Assembly (NCBI GenBank): GCA_964247055.1
Contig: OZ176051.1
Location: 13,392,001 to 13,456,000 of the forward strand
Length of the DNA: 64,000 nucleotides
Source: Paragordius varius
Lineage: Eukaryota > Animalia > Nematomorpha
Direction of reading: 5' to 3'
Under the pieces are notes generated by a model. That model saw only the letters and a list, made by a program, of their open reading frames with translations. It was not told where the DNA came from and did no database searches. A program made the position numbers and the translations under genes. Positions 39,971 to 53,614 of this stretch are shown here, one piece after another; positions within the stretch are counted from its first letter, which is position 1, and each line of letters opens with the position of its first letter.

Positions 39971-41571
39971 TTAATTTGAATATCCCGTCTGAATCCGATT
40001 CAATTGCTTTAGGGCCGCTTCAGTCAATTTAAATACTGCATCAATGTTGGTCACTTCACAAAGAACAAAAAGATAAACCGACACTGATTTGCAAATCAGG
40101 ACTCCATCTCCTACAGCAATACCATTTTTAACGCTTGAAATGGTATAGGTTTTACCTTCTACCTTAACTTTAGCTCCAACGAGATTGGGATACTTGCTAA
40201 CACCTTAAATCATAAATATTAATGTGTGATATATTATCTATTATCAACAAATTAAAAATATAAAATATTTATTTACTTTTTGTACGTTAAATTATTAAGG
40301 CAAAACTTAAGGAGTAAAAGGCTGATATATTGTATAAAGGGGAACCATAGTTTTTAATATTATATATTACTTTCTACAATTTTCCAATTTATCTTCCATA
40401 TTTGGCAATCAAGCTTTGGTTATATTTAAGACTACTTTTACCAAATTAATAGTAGTCTTTTACGTGGTAAACATAGATTTAATTTTACTCATCAAATTCC
40501 TGTTACGTTTTCGGAAAAGTTTTCAAAAAAGTTTCAAATGGTATATAAATAAATACCACAAACGAAAACAATTTAGGTAATCTGAATATTGTAAAATAGG
40601 TGTAGGGCTTAAAATTTTCATTATATAATTTTATTAATACTTAAATAAAAAGATTACTAATGAAACCAAACTAAAATCAAAAGAGGCGTTCCTTACAAAA
40701 TCAGTTAAAATTCTATTAAATCAATTAAATTATGTTTAAGGTAGTTTATTAATGTAGCGTTTCATCTATACGAACATAAGAGAATTTATAATTTTATCGG
40801 AATATTTTCAGACAAAACTAGAAAAACATGTTATAAAATATAAAAAATTTCGAAAATTCATAGTAAAGTTATTAAGATACAGGGGGTATAACGAGTATCC
40901 TTATGATTTTAAACTTTAAACATCTGCAAACATTGATTTTGGGCCTTAACCTTATATTATTAATTAAGTTATAACGATTAAAAATAGCATATTTTAATAT
41001 TCATAAGGTGTAAAAATGAAATGGCACTTAACCAAATAATATATATTTGTTATCACAAAGGTCAAAATAAAAAATTGTTATTGAGGTTTTGTTTGATAAA
41101 ATTTCTTAAGCTAAATATGTACACCACTAAAAAAATAAGCTAAATTATTAAGTCAAAGTTGTGATTAATAAGAAACGAGATTCCAATTCAAAGTTATCCT
41201 CTCATTATATAGTATTAATTAACTAATAATAATAAAGACCTACTTATACTAAAAATTTATTTAGTTTTAATAAAATAAATTAGATTGCATATTTAGCCTT
41301 GTTGGTTTCATTAAAACACAAAATAAGATAATTTATTACTGCTAAGAAATGCACTTCTTGATTCAGAGGATATAGCTTTTTGCGTAGTAAATAAGAACGT
41401 CTCTGGACGATCTGATAATACTATGCCGTATGCCTTAACAGCAACGTTTTTTAAGGAGTCATCCCATATGGCTGGATTTCTTCTCTATATTATACATAAA
41501 TATAATTAACAATATATATTTATAACATTGGTAAATATTATAAGAAAACTTACTAAAGACCAAAAAAGCAT
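39971..41571 (-). CDS. Divergent profilin-like protein, 131 aa; exons 41571-41554, 41484-41340, 40203-39971
   Basis: Donors gtaagt and gtaata; acceptors tatag and ttaag; phases 0 and 1 join into one ORF: MLFWSLRRNPAIWDDSLKNVAVKAYGIVLSDRPETFLFTTQKAISSESRSAFLSSVSKYPNLVGAKVKVEGKTYTISSVKNGIAVGDGVLICKSVSVYLFVLCEVTNIDAVFKLTEAALKQLNRIQTGYSN. Length and motif spacing resemble profilins by eye. Exons 2-3 are more secure than exon 1. Confidence 0.72.
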
Positions 41572-42084
41572 TTTCGAATATAATAATAAGGTAACCGCGA
41601 GATATAAATTAAAAAATAAAAATGATTATTTTACGTTATTTATAGTTTTAATTGAATTGGACTTCCGACAAATCTTGTTATTTTTCAGTTAATATTTCCT
41701 TTTATCTACTTTATTTATTAATTAATGATTTTCAAGGTTTTTATTTGAAAATATTTGAAATAAACCTTTTTAAAATTAATGGAATATAAGTTTGAAGGCT
41801 ACTTATAGAAAATTAGTGGCTCAACAAGGTCGATTAAAACAATAAATACAATATGTACATTTATGCTAGCCTATTCACATCATGGGCCAATTCACATACT
41901 AGTTTATGAATCAAATTAAACAATTTGTACCTATTTTACATTACTTTGGTTATTATTTATGGAGCAAAATTCGTTATATAATAACACACGCTCCTGTATT
42001 ATAATTTGTTAAAATGTACCAAGCAGTTATATATATATATATATATAATATATGAGGTGTGTAAGTTGAAAGTATATAAACTAA

Positions 42085-45000
42085 ATATTGTCAATTTTTT
42101 TTGAAAAAAACCTTGATTTATATTATTCAAAAAGTGAATTTTATTTTTGGCAATTATAAAAAAGTTGTTAATTTTGGTTATACTACTATTTACTTTTACA
42201 CTTCAACCTTTAAATAATTTTCTTCAACACTTTAATATATCCTTGAAACACTCGAATTTCTTTTTAGCCTTTAAACTCAAAATTTAACAGTATAAATTTA
42301 CCCTAATTTTAAATAAACCTTAAAAATTTTATACTAAAACTAGGTGTTAGTAAAATCTTTTCTAAAAACAAATATTTTTTGGGATATATTATTTTTTGCA
42401 GAAGTGATATAAAATAACAGGATATAAATTGTATAATTTGCAAATTGTATTTAATACCTAATATTAAATACTATATTTTTTTTAATGAAATCTTCTTTAA
42501 ATATTATAGGGTGTAGAGATTACATTTTATTAAATATTTCTATATACCATTTTTGTTCTTTAATGCTCAAAATACTATTTGTTTAAGGCAAAATAAATTA
42601 ATAAAACTTTTATAATTTTAAATCAATCATTTACCCTAAAAAGAAGATAAGCATTACATGTAATTTAATGTTTGCTGAAAATATTATCTTATTTTTCTTT
42701 AATATAACTGATTGTTTTAAACTGCAAAATTTATATTAGAAATGTTTGGTAGCACAATTTATTATGTAATTTACGATTGTAAATAAATATTATATATAGC
42801 AAAAATTAGGTTTGTAAAAGTATTGTTGTCTTTTGAAAAAAAATATTTGTCTTTATATTTTTACGTTTTGTCCGTATAATTTCAGTTTTTAGTGTAAAAC
42901 ATCACTTGGTATTAGATGAGGATACATTGCTTGAAAAACCTTCTAAATAAAACTCATGTCCTTTACATTTGTGAATAAATAATTAGTTTTTTGCTTGATA
43001 TATAACGAAATTAGGCCGCTGTTCGCCTGAGGTATAATGGATAAAATAAAGCTCGCTTTAAAGATAATTATTACCATTTTTTTTAATTAACGACACAAAT
43101 CACTGCAATATTTTGGGTTGGAGTTGCAGCTATAAAGTTAACCAGGCATTCACAATTTATTATCTAGTTAATAGAAATAATATTAAGTTTATATAAAATA
43201 CAATATTTAAATAATGTTTGCATGTATGCTCTTTCACACAATTTCGTGTTTCTACAAAAAATTTACAGTGATTTTATAGAATATTTACCTATTTATTTGT
43301 ACTAAATAATAAGCTATTCCAGAAATATTTAAGTATGGAAAAATTTTAAATATTAAATAAAATTATAAACTATAGGACAGCGGTGTTTTTTACCCGCAAG
43401 CTAATTTTTTGGCAGAAATTTCACGCGGGCAGGTATGAATATTAAGTACTTAAAGATTCATTTTTCATTTGAACACAAATGATGCAAATATAATATCACT
43501 AATTACGTGGGGTGACTAGCACAAGCTATATTATAATTTATATTATGACAAATAATTAATTATTTTTGAGTAGTTATTTTTATATATTATCTTGATTTTA
43601 TTAAAAAAACATAAATAAGGGTGACTCGGAAAAACATTGGTTTCCACAATCAGTACAAATACTAAAACAATCGCATTAATAATTTATTAAATTTACAATA
43701 AATAATTTCCATCATGCTACGGATTTTAGATTGAAATAAAAAATGGATTTTTAGCTCTTGGCCAAGTGTGTATAATTTACCCGATTTTATGGATTACTGT
43801 ATACCAGGTAATAAATAATGGACATATGCTTTAAGATAGTAAATTTCATCGCATCGAAAAGAGTGTCACGACGCAGTTTTGAGTTTAGTTAAAAGGAATT
43901 GGTATTGTTGTAGTGAACTTGTTAATTAAGACAAATAAGTAGCGTTGCATTAAAAAAAAAGAATTTGTTACATTTTTTAATAATTTTCAGGCGGTCACGC
44001 CAAAAATCTCGATTAAAGTCGGCCGCGGTCCACCCACCCCTGTTAAACATAAGTATTGTAAACAATTCACCCGTGGTGAAATATATATCAATGCCATTTG
44101 CTAGAAGTGGCCTTAAAAACATTCCTTGGTTGTAATTATATACAAGAGTAAGTGTTTTAAAATAATCTTTAAACTTTAAATCAAAAACAGATTTTGTTGA
44201 ATTTAATTTTCACTATAAAAGCTCCAATTGAACCTTGTAAAGAATATTTAAAAATATACAACAAAGTACCATGGCGCGAAAATAGTTTTCAATATGTTAA
44301 ATAAAATAATATTAAGTGTATTCATACATTAAAAAACAAAATAGGGAAATTTATTAAAGCATTTAAGTAATGTGATCATAATTAGAGCTGGTAGAAAAAG
44401 TAAAATATAATTATATCCCGAATTTAAAACAACGCTTATTGTGTAAATTTTAATATAATTATGTTGATATTTTGTTAGAATAAAAAGACAGTCAATAACT
44501 TCTTTTACGGGTTGGCATATGCTCATATTTTTTCCATATTAAAACTGTTTCATAATAGATTCAAAAGGAAAATATGAGATCATTATAAATATCCTATAAA
44601 TGTGTTTTACACGATATCTTATTTTGGTGGTTTTTATGGATCAAGCACTCAGCGATAATTATTACAATAATATAAATAAGATCTTGATGATTTTGTAGGC
44701 CGCGCTATTGACTGCCCACTTGGCGCGCTTCGCCGCCCCTCTCCATACAATGTTCTGTTTATACAAACAAATGTATTTAGAGTGCGACTGTCATTATAGT
44801 TTGACTCTTTTTATACCGTTTTCAACATACTTCAGAATAGCATGAAGTACAATTTAAAATTTTGATAATTTTTTTTTATTTAAGTCCATTTCTTAATATT
44901 ACTTCGATGCCATAATCCAGCATTTATAAAAAAAATCAATAATTATCGGTATTGCGTTTATTTGAAGAAAACTAACCGATTTTAGAGGGAGCAAAATTTG

Positions 45001-45386
45001 CGAGTTTCGGAACCCACATCAAATAAAATTAATGTTTTGATGTTAAAATATAGGTGATATATTTTTATAATAATTTTGCTATGAAGCGTCCAGTTTCACC
45101 AAATTGTAATTTAGCTTTTTTTTGAAAAAATTGAATGTCTAAAATTTTAAATTGCAAAGACGCCGGAGAACGTGTTGTCCTATCAGTTCAGCCTACTTTT
45201 GTTAATATTAATGCGCCGAGGGTGACTAAGCCTTTTTTTAATTAGCCTCTCAGCAACCTATTATAAAAGAATAGGATTATTGGAAGAATTGTTGAATTTG
45301 GAAAACGTTCCGAAAAAGGTGTGCACACAGTCGGTTTCTATAAAAATAATTTTGAATTTATAATTGGCCGAAAAAAAGGCCCTTTT
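42085..45386. repeat. Arm 2 of the inverted duplicated block (partner 25540-29477)
   Basis: Collinear reverse-complement similarity to arm 1; ends abruptly at the hAT element starting 45387. Confidence 0.85.
43378..44042 (+). mobile_element. hAT-type MITE family A copy at the same site as 27384-28044
   Basis: Preceded by CTATAGGA (cf. rc of TCTTATAG = CTATAAGA); ends CACCCCTG; flanks match those in arm 1. Confidence 0.8.
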
Positions 45387-47020
45387 CAGTGGCGTACCGA
45401 TGGGGGGCAAGAGGGTGCATCATGCCCCGGGCCCCGTTATTTAGGGGCTCCTAAATGATTTTTTAATTAAATTTAAATTATGCAAAAATTACAACTTTTA
45501 AGTAGATTTTTCAGCAGTTATGAATATAAAAATTATATAAAGATCAATAGCATAATAATAAAAAGCAATTTTCATGTAGGTATTCCCTTCCACATGTGCA
45601 AATATTTTTTCTAAAAAAAGATACTTTATCACGCACATATTGTAAATCCTTTAATGCCTTTAATTAAATTATTTTAACTTTTCTCTCTGTTTAAAACCTC
45701 TTATTTTTATAATTTATAATTGCATTTTTATTTTAATCATATTCAATTTAAAAACCCAATTTTATATTTTTAAATCCCCAAGATCATTCCATCTCTAACA
45801 AGGTAGGTTTTTGTTATTAATGTTGTATTTTTTATAATTACTTTGATTTTCATCATCAATACCTAAAATCAGCGGTTATGCAAATAGGAAACATAAAATC
45901 CAGGAAGAGAATAAAACAACAAAAATGCGAATGAGTATGAAATCTTTTATATCGAAAATATTTGACCTTAACATTGAAAAAAGTTTATGCGACACAAACA
46001 TAACGGTACCTCTTAATAATAATAACTTAATACACGAAACCCTAGTTATTGTTTTAATAAAGAGAGATGAGAAAATTCATACCATTAGTAATTCCAAGCG
46101 CTATACCTATAGAGTTTAATGATGTCGCCTTTGTAAAATTTATATAATAATGTTCCCGTAATGTCTAATCAACACACAGAAATGATTTTTCGTAGATCTC
46201 AAGGATATTAAAACAAATGCAATCTCTTTGAAACAATAAATAATCGTGACACAACTAAAAGATTCTAATATTAAGTTTTAATACATTGTATTATTTGATG
46301 CAATGTAATCTATTTATCGGGAAAATAGCACAAAATAATTTTAGCGATGGCTAAATTTTTAAATTTTAAAAAGCATATTTAACATATTAAAATAATTTTA
46401 ACTGCCTTCCTACAATATACCAATCATTTTACGTTTAGTTGGAAATTGTTAAAGTTCCGGCCCGCAAGATGTCAGGATGTATTCTGGACGGTATGGAACT
46501 GAAAGTTTTCTTGTCCAAGGCAAAGATTTTTAAACATTTTGATGTTAAACAATCAAAAATTACCCAACAGTATTCGATTCAGCCTTTACAACATGTAAGC
46601 TAGCATATATTTTTCAAGCATTATATTTTGCTTTTGGCATTGTTTTAACACAGTGTGCAAAAATTAGGGTTAATTTCAAATTTGATTTTTTTACGAATAT
46701 ATTATTGCTTCTGATGTAATTAATTCTAAGTAAAATTTATATAATGGTCCGAGTTAAAATTTCAACTAAAAAATGAGAATGAATAATTGAATATTGTTAT
46801 TTTAAATTATCTTATTCTTTAGATATAATAATAAAATTTTTACGTTTTCCTTAATAAAACAATGCTATCATATTTCATATGACAAAATTGATCTATTATA
46901 TTATAAATTTTATGTAAATATCCGGTATACTAGATTTATATTTATTAAATTTAATCATCTAAATAGTTGGTTCCGAACCTTTTTTTGTTTCCCCACCAAA
47001 AACATTCCCCCCCCCTCTGT
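45387..47020 (+). mobile_element. Decayed hAT-type DNA transposon
   Basis: Left end CAGTGGCGTACC followed by GC-rich GGGGGG...GCCCCGGGCCCC; SGYANRKHK-like start near 45870; C-run near 47005; right TIR not found. Confidence 0.55.
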
Positions 47021-47795
47021 AAAAATTCAAGATAAAACTTTAAAATATATTATAAAATTCCCAATCAATGTGAACCTTATATCTGCACCTTTTGAAATAT
47101 TTTTTCTATATCGGTTACAAATCTTGATAGTTGGCACCTGAAATCGTTAAATTAGTTTAGAGTTTTATTTTATTAATTAAACGATTTTTCTACGTCCCCC
47201 TTGATAAGAATTCCCAGAACTACTGATCTAAAGTATATTTGCAAAAATCCTTAATATTATAATGAATCAAACCAGGCAATTATTAATAGCAAATCTTAAA
47301 CAGTATGTTAGATATTTATTTAAAATTAAGCTAAAATGCTTATATTTTTATCATATACGCATTTTCTTAATTTTAAATAAATTTCACAATATATAATGCG
47401 TAATTCTCTCAGTATATTAGATAATTTTAATTAATCCCGTCTAGAGTGTCCATTAACACTTAAAATTGGATAAACCTTTTAAAACGGTCCTTAAAAATTT
47501 ATAATCATGGAACATAGTTATTTTGCCTCAAACTTAATAAAACCATATATTATTCATCTAATCCTATCATCTTATTACTTATTTAATTTAAACTTTTAGT
47601 ATATTATCTTCAATTCAATAACTTTCTTATGTATTTAAATTGGAAATTAATAAACAACAAAAATATTTAATTTTGGGTTATCTATTGCATTTTTTGTTAA
47701 TACCCTTAATTGTTTAATGTTGTTTGATTGTAAATTATTTAGAAACAAAAGTAGTTGATGAAAAATATTATTTTTAATTATATGTATATATATAT

Positions 47796-47838
<43 letters not shown>

Positions 47839-48095
47839 AATAATCAAGTTAAATTAAGAAACTAAATGAATATATGCATATATCCCGAACTTAAAAAGTG
47901 TAAAACTACTTTTCAGAAGTCGCTTTACACTAAAAATTAAATTTATACGGACAAAATGTGAAAATATAAAGAAAAAAAATTTTTTTAAATGACAACCATA
48001 CTTTTTTAAACCTTAATTTATCCTATAAATAACATTTAATTACATCGTAAAATACATAATTGATTGTGTTACCAATATACATCTTTATTATATAA

Positions 48096-50414
48096 TTAGC
48101 ATAAATCTCGCGCTGTTGCGTACCCCGGGGAAGTTCTTCGGATTGGAGGGAGGAGCAAATTTTTTTGTTTTTTACCCGATCAGCACTCCTATTCAATATT
48201 TTATGATCTCATAATTTTGACGAAAAATAGCCTCATAAACATATTGTTGAGCGAGTTTGATAGTAAAAAGGCTCCAAGCACACCAAATTTTAACAATGTT
48301 AACAAAAAATTTTTATTCAGCAATGATCTTAGTATAAAAAAACATAAGCAATTATTGGGTGAAACGTGCAAAAAAGCTTTATTTTTGACATCGGGTAGGG
48401 CTTCTTAAGTTTTTTAAAAATTAGGTCGAAACCGCGCCATTTTTGTATGGCATCTCAGTTTAACCGGTAGACCCTTACCCATAGTTTATGGAAAAAACGC
48501 TGAGTTAAATTTTTTGCCTTTATAGAATCTATTTGGAATTATCTTTGATGCCATGGTCTCATAATTTATAATACCTCAACACAAACTAATCCTTATATTG
48601 ATGGCGTATTTTTAGGGTACAAGGGCTTCAAATTAACGGTTAATGAAAAACCCTGACCTTCTTGCGCAGTTACGGGTAATATTTAAAGCTTATGAGCTCA
48701 TATGGCTTCATAAAATTTCAGTAAATTAGCTCCAAAACAACGCATTTGCTATATAGTGCGCAGTTTTTGGCAGGTAGCTCCTTACCCAGGGGCAGAACAA
48801 AAAAAGCGTTGGGTTTGCCTTTATATGAGGAATATCTGGAATTATCATGGATTCCAAATGTTCCTATTAGAATCATAGGTTTTCTAAAATTTAGCTCCAA
48901 AGGCATGTTGCATCGATATGGTGACGCAGTTGTTGGCGGGTAGCCACCTACCCAGCGGCCAATATAAAAATGACCTTCGATAAAAATTTTGCCTTATAGG
49001 GGAAATAATCATTCATTCCATATGTTCTAAATAGATTTTGGAAGAATGGCTTCAAAACTAAATAATAGTTCAATGATAGCGCATTTTTAAGGGCGTAAAG
49101 GGCCTAATTAAAGGCTAATTTTAAAAAACCCCTCGACTTAAATTTTTGCCTTTTTACGGGTAATGTTTCAGGCCCATATTAAACCTATGTGGCCTGATGC
49201 GTTTTCTGAAAAAAACTCCTAAACAACGCTACTTCGTTATAGTGCCGCAGTTTTAGGCGGGTAGCTCCCTGCCCAGAGGTTTATATAAAAAAGACGTTCG
49301 ATAAATTTTTCCTTTATAGGGGAATGCTTGGAATCATCATTCATTCCATATGTTCTTAATAGTTTTGGAATGGCTTTAAAACTAAATAATAGTTGAATGA
49401 TAGCGCTTTTTTCAGGGCGTAAAGGGCCTAATTAACGGCTAATTTAAAAAAACCGCTCGACTTAAATTTTTCCTTTTTTACGGATATTAATTCAGGCCCT
49501 CATTAAACCTATATGGCCTGATAAGTTTTCTGAAAATAAACAACGCAATTTTGATATGGTGGCGCAGTTTTAGGCGGGTAGCTCCCTACCTAGAAGTTGT
49601 TAAAAAAAGCGCTTGATTAAAAATTTTGCCTTTTTGAGATTCCCTCTAATCATGATTGATTCCATATGCTCTCATCAGCTTTTGGAAAAATTGCCTCAAA
49701 ATTAAAAAATCCTTCTATGGTGGCGCATTTTCAGGGCGTGAAGAGCCTAATTAACGGCTAATTTTAAAAACCGCGCGACTAAAATTTTTGCCTTTTTAGG
49801 GGTAATATTTTAAGGAGCTATTGAACTCATATGGCCTGATAGGTTTTCTGAAATTTAGCCCCAAAGGCACTCCTTTCTGTTTGACGAATCAGTTTTTAGC
49901 GGGTAACTCCTTACCCGGCAGCCAATATAAAAGAAACGCACGACTAAAGGTTTTGCCTTTTGACAGGGAATACCTGGAATCCTTATAAAATTTTTACGGT
50001 CTCATACTTTGGGCCAAAAATAGATTCAAAAATTATTTTTGTTTACTTAATCTTTTAGAAAAAGATGGAATTTACGGGGGGAGCGGGTAAAAATGGGGCC
50101 TAAATTAAAAAAGCGAGCCGATTTTGTTCTGCTCAATCAAAATTGAGTAAAAAATCATATTTGAAATCGAAGGGTCAACACGTTTTTCGGAAAATTGTAT
50201 CAAAGACACGATTTTTGTGGACTTCTGTTTTCAAAAAACCGGTTTAATACACGGGGTGGGCCCGAACTGGGAGCCTAATTCCAAAAAAGGCGAAGCTATT
50301 GTCGGGGCATTCATAAATGATTATATTTTTTTGACATTTGGATTTGAATGGGTGAACCGGTTTTCCGAAAAAAGATCACAAAGCCAGCATTTTCCATTTT
50401 TATAAATATATAGA
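48096..50414 (-). mobile_element. Non-autonomous Helitron H2 with internal tandem repeats
   Basis: Minus strand A|TCTATATATTTATAAAA at 50414; ends GAGATTTATGCTAA|T at 48096 after a degenerate GC hairpin; same 5' end as H3 and same 3' end as H1. Confidence 0.85.
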
Positions 50415-52700
50415 TATCAGTTAGCACCTTTCATAGATGTTCAAAACACTACATTGAAGGAAATAACAATAATGAGAACAACCCCATATAAATATATTTT
50501 ATGAAACAATAAAAACAAATATTTCTCAAGTGACAAACAAAATTAATAATAATAACGAAAACCTAATCGTAAACATGTCAAACATGGTGCTTAATGACCA
50601 TATGATCTCAATTTTAAATAAAGACCTAAAATTTGCTATTTCTGCCCCAGTTTCCGTAGAACAAATTATCTCAAAAGTTGAAGCAGGTCTGTTTATAGAC
50701 CCAAAAATAGCTAACATCATCGGAAAGCAAGTCGCAACTATCCTAAAGAATAAAAAAGATGAAAGAAGGCGATCAAACATATCAGGTGAAGAATATCTAG
50801 CATTAAAAGATTTGAAAATAATAGTAATATTATTATTTCAAACTCTGACAAAGGAAATCAAGTAGTTATAATGAACTTGTTAGAATATAATCAAAAAATG
50901 CAACATATATTAGAAGATATGTCCAAATATAAAAAGATCACAAGATGACCTTTTAACACATTACACATAAACGTTAAAAAAATGATAAAATCATCTCCCA
51001 TTCCGTCATATTTAGGGAATTTGTTAGTTCCCCAATGTCCTATTAATCCCAGTATGTATGGTGTCCCAAAGACGCTAAAAACAGATGTTCCACTGCGTCC
51101 AATTGTTTCCACCGAAAATTCGTGTCTATATGGTTTAGCACAGATTTATCCGAATATTTATAACCCTTCTTAAAGAACAAATTAAAAACTCGTTTGAATT
51201 TATAGATAAAATAAGGGATATACATGTAGCTTAAACCAATTTATAAATAAGTTTTGATGTGGAAAGACTCCTTACCAGTGTACCACTTAAAGAGGTAACC
51301 CATCTTCTTAAAGATTTAGAGGTGGACGCGAAATTTTCTTTGATTGAATTTTTATTGATAATTTTTTTGAATTCATTGATAATTTTTATTTGCAAGGACG
51401 GTTTACCGATGGGTTTCGCGATTTCCTCTATTCTAGCTGATCTTTTTATGGAAACATTTGAAAATCAATTTATACAAAATAATTTTTTTAAACAAAAATT
51501 TTATACCCGGTATGAGGACGATATGTTTATCATTTGCCACATACAAGAACTGATCTATCCTTGTTTTGGATTATATAAATTCCAATCCTTTTAACATACG
51601 GTTCCCGGTCGAATATGAGGCTAATTGATCGTTACCATTTTTAGATGTTTTAATTACCCGGAATGACACAACATTGTCATACGGTTTTTATCAAAAACCC
51701 ACTCATTCCAATGCATATTTACATAAAAATTCTTACCATAACTCTCCACAAAAAAAGAATGTTTTACAAAATCATTTTTCGAGGGCTTAAATTAACTGAT
51801 AATGCAAATAGAAATATCATAACAGATCGTTTTGTTGAAACATTTTTAAAAATGGATATTCTGCAAACGATATCAATTGAACACTTTTATCATTAAATAA
51901 CACCAGAGAAAACAACAAAAATTATAGGTTTGTTATTTCACTACCATATACAGAATATCACGGATCACAGAGCTCATATTTTTAAACAATTTGACAATGG
52001 GATGGAGTTTAAACCAGGTCAAAAATTAAAAACTTTTTTTTATCAAATAATAATAAATCCAAATTAAATAAATTATCCAATGGTGTATAAAGTTCCATGC
52101 GAGTGTGGTAGGGTTTATATCGGCCAAACTACAAAAAAGTTAAAACACGCCTGAATGAACACAAGTATAACTTACAAAATGGGGATTTAAAAGTTGATTA
52201 CAGAACATTTTTGGAAGGAAAACCATAACGTTTCTTTTGACAATGTTATTTGCATTAGGATTTTCAATAATAATCAAAGACTCACACGAGAATCATTAGA
52301 TATTCTCAAGGGAAACAACTTTAAACGAGAGGAAGAACAAAAGATGATTGGTATATAGAAAGTCATTCTTGATGATGATTCCATATGGACTCTTTTGTTT
52401 TTAACTCAAAGTTGTGGCTCCTTATTATTTTTTTGTGTGTTTTTTTTTCTAGTTTTAGTTTTGTAAATTTAATAAATTGTTTGTTCGACATGGTTTAAAC
52501 CACTCTCAGTGACAAAAGGTTTCAACTTATTATTTTTTGGAAAAAAACAACAATCAACATTTTCAAAAATTGTATATAAAGATGAACCATTTTATCCATA
52601 TCCATTCATATTTTTGAACGCTGAGGACGGACATCCTTTCTAGTGTCCGAAACCGTACGCAATTTTTATTTATTTTTTATATGACACGTTTTTAATAATC
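50415..52700 (+). mobile_element. Penelope-like element relic (RT + GIY-YIG endonuclease + 3' terminal region)
   Basis: SDKGNQVVIM, PSMYGVPKTLKTDVPLRPIVS, SFDVERLLTSVP, DGLPMGFAISSILADLFME, YTRYEDDMF, LPFLDVLI, VYKVPCECGRVYIGQT...RLNEH; frameshifted. Confidence 0.92.
52613..52663 (+). ncRNA. Type I minimal hammerhead ribozyme-like motif in the Penelope 3' end
   Basis: TTGAACG-CTGAGGA-C-GGACA-(10 nt)-TGTCC-GAAA-CCGTA-CGCAA; predicted cleavage triplet GUA ending at 52657. Confidence 0.75.
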
Positions 52701-53614
52701 CATATATTTTATAAAATAATCAAGATATGAAATCTATGGTCTTTTATAAAAAATATTTGCCTCTATATTTTTGCGTTTTGTCCGTATAATTTCAATTTTT
52801 GTATGTGCATTTAGATATAAAAAAAGAGGGCAATTTTTGGGTTTCTATAGAGAACTCTGGGTCCCAGTCAACAAACGGCAACATAAACCATTTAATAATA
52901 AAAATTTTCTATTTAAATATATATATATATATATATTCTAATATGGATTCGCATGGTGGCTTTTGTTTTGGGTCTTATGTGTGATTTATAGAGGAAAAGA
53001 AAAATTTGTCCACATTTTGCCCAATAAATATTCTTTGGCAAAGGCTAAATAGTTATTCCAAATGAATATCTTAAAAATATTATAAACTATTATGCACATA
53101 AATTGAAAATGTATGTAAAAATGCAGACTTTGTTTTAAAATAAATCTTAAAGCGTATTTTGATATTTTTGATGGTGGAAACGCTAGAAATAGATTTTGAG
53201 TCATTATAACAATTTCAATATACTTATTAATTTTGATCAATGTGTCTTTTTTCAATTTGATTAATTGACAAAAGTTAAATACCATGCAAATTAACCTCGA
53301 AAAATGTTTTGAGGTAAATTATATATTCAAATCAACAAATTACATATGAAAGGGCTAAGTTACTGAAAAAAATTTCACTTAACTAATTAAAAAAACAAAT
53401 AATCATAATAATAATTGTATAAATACATTTGGTTTTTTATCTTTGTGATAGAATAATAAAAGATACTTTTATTAAATACGAAAATAAATAATAATTTGTT
53501 TTACAGTCTTATTTTTATTCTTTTATAGACAAATAAGTAATTCTATAAACATTTTACCGATATATGGGTTAATGATGTATTACATTTGCATTTTAATGCA
53601 ATATGTAGTATAGT

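Noticed and set aside
52799-53060. Slightly GC-richer island with protein-like frames on both strands
   Set aside because: No consistent acceptor-donor pair or preferred frame.
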